Below are positions 53,141-54,023 of a stretch of 54,023 bases of DNA, in pieces. Origin of the DNA: a virus (lineage: Duplodnaviria > Caudoviricetes); IMG/VR virus record IMGVR_UViG_3300037478_000666, positions 1-54,023 of that record; one strand, 5' to 3'. Within the stretch, counting starts at the first letter, position 1, and each line of letters starts with the position of its first letter. The notes under the pieces are model-generated. The model ran no database searches. It was not told the DNA's origin and saw nothing but the letters and a program-made list of their open reading frames with translations. The position numbers and the translations under genes are program-made.

Positions 53141-53931
53141 TCCCCGTCCCGCAGACCATCGACGACTGGACGAAGCTGGTCGAGGACGGCACGCCGTTCA
53201 CTTACACCAACATCGGCGGCGATGGCGAGTTCCTGGCGATCGTCGGCAAGATCGGCACAAACTCCGACGGCCGCGCCTTCAACCCCGAAGTCGGCAAGGT
53301 CCTGTCGCAGGTGCTGATCGAGCCGCGGCTGACGTTCCACGGGTACAATCCCGGCCGACCCGGCAGCGAAAAGCGGTTGGCCGCTGAGGCGTGGCTGCGC
53401 GAGCACGGGATCAACGTGCCGGAGCTCGACCCGCACCGGCTGACTGATCCGGACTTCGGCAAGTGCGAGCGCAACGTGCGCTGGGTGCACAAGGAGATCA
53501 TCTCGTCGGCCAACGTGCGGGGCGAGCTCGGGCCGTTCATCGGGACGCTGCGTAGCCATCCACTGATTGTCGTGGGGCCAAGCACGCTGGACGAGTCGTT
53601 CGTGCTGGGAACATTGGATGCAGTTGGGTTCATCGCTGTTCCGCCGGATCGCGGGCTCGATGATCTGGAAGGGCTCTACCTCGACATCACCGACGAGATA
53701 GATGCGGTGCGTGCCGCGAACGAAGGCCGATCCGTGGTAGTTTCGTGGTCGCTGGGCTATCCGGCCAAGCCCCTGATCTGGCGCCTCGCCTCCGAGTTCC
53801 CAGCCGTCACCCAGATCGACATGGGCGCCTGCTGGGATCCCTACTGTGGCGTCCGGAACCGCCACGGCTACAAGCGCGACACGTGGCCGGAAGCGATGGC
53901 GCGGAATCTCCGGGAGGCGGGCGTCGGATGA
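53137..53931 (+). CDS. GT-D fold (DUF1792-like) glycosyltransferase-like protein
   Basis: PFTYTNIGGDGEF, LIVVGP, SLGYPAK, IDMGACWDPY. Confidence 0.6.
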   Translation: MIPVPQTIDDWTKLVEDGTPFTYTNIGGDGEFLAIVGKIGTNSDGRAFNPEVGKVLSQVLIEPRLTFHGYNPGRPGSEKRLAAEAWLREHGINVPELDPHRLTDPDFGKCERNVRWVHKEIISSANVRGELGPFIGTLRSHPLIVVGPSTLDESFVLGTLDAVGFIAVPPDRGLDDLEGLYLDITDEIDAVRAANEGRSVVVSWSLGYPAKPLIWRLASEFPAVTQIDMGACWDPYCGVRNRHGYKRDTWPEAMARNLREAGVG

Positions 53932-54023
53932 GCGAATTCGGAGACTATGCCCGGATGTACGGGAGCGTCGACTACAGTGATGCCGTGGTGCTCGACATCG
54001 GCGCGGATTACGGCACGACTGCC
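53928..54023 (+). CDS. Class I SAM methyltransferase, FkbM-like (3' truncated)
   Basis: MSEFGDYARMYGSVDYSDAVVLDIGADYGTTA; VLDIGA motif I. Confidence 0.7.
   Translation, partial: MSEFGDYARMYGSVDYSDAVVLDIGADYGTTA

Overview
The whole window is a high-GC temperate tailed phage (siphovirus-like), with no recognisable host genes or att junction. It is probably most of a free or excised genome, opened inside the terminase gene. From left to right: (1) a lambda-type packaging and head module (GpA-like terminase, lambda-family portal, single S49 protease-scaffold-HK97 capsid fusion); (2) neck and tail genes, a 1114-aa tape measure protein, Dit, and a tail hub/Tal apparently split over two genes with LamG/FN3/PKD modules; (3) a signal-peptide-bearing secreted protein, then a PCPP-tailed small protein coupled to a 7-TM membrane protein; (4) a lysis region of small TM proteins and an M15 peptidase endolysin; (5) two separate HTH-controlled switches with readable promoters and operators; (6) a long early operon with an HNH endonuclease, two DNA methyltransferases, a RecT/Bet-like annealase, SbcD, SbcC, a minimal PolX, a large serine recombinase in mid-operon, DUF1643, a J-domain protein, a replication initiator with iterons, a DnaC-like loader, an NrdR-like Zn ribbon and RusA; (7) a terminal cluster of four glycosyltransferase-like genes, a sulfotransferase-like gene and a methyltransferase. 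The best candidates for undescribed biology are the PCPP-protein/7-TM pair (possible signalling module), the glycan-tailoring cluster, the split tail hub, and several strongly base-paired intergenic RNAs. All protein calls come from motif recognition by eye; no searches were run.
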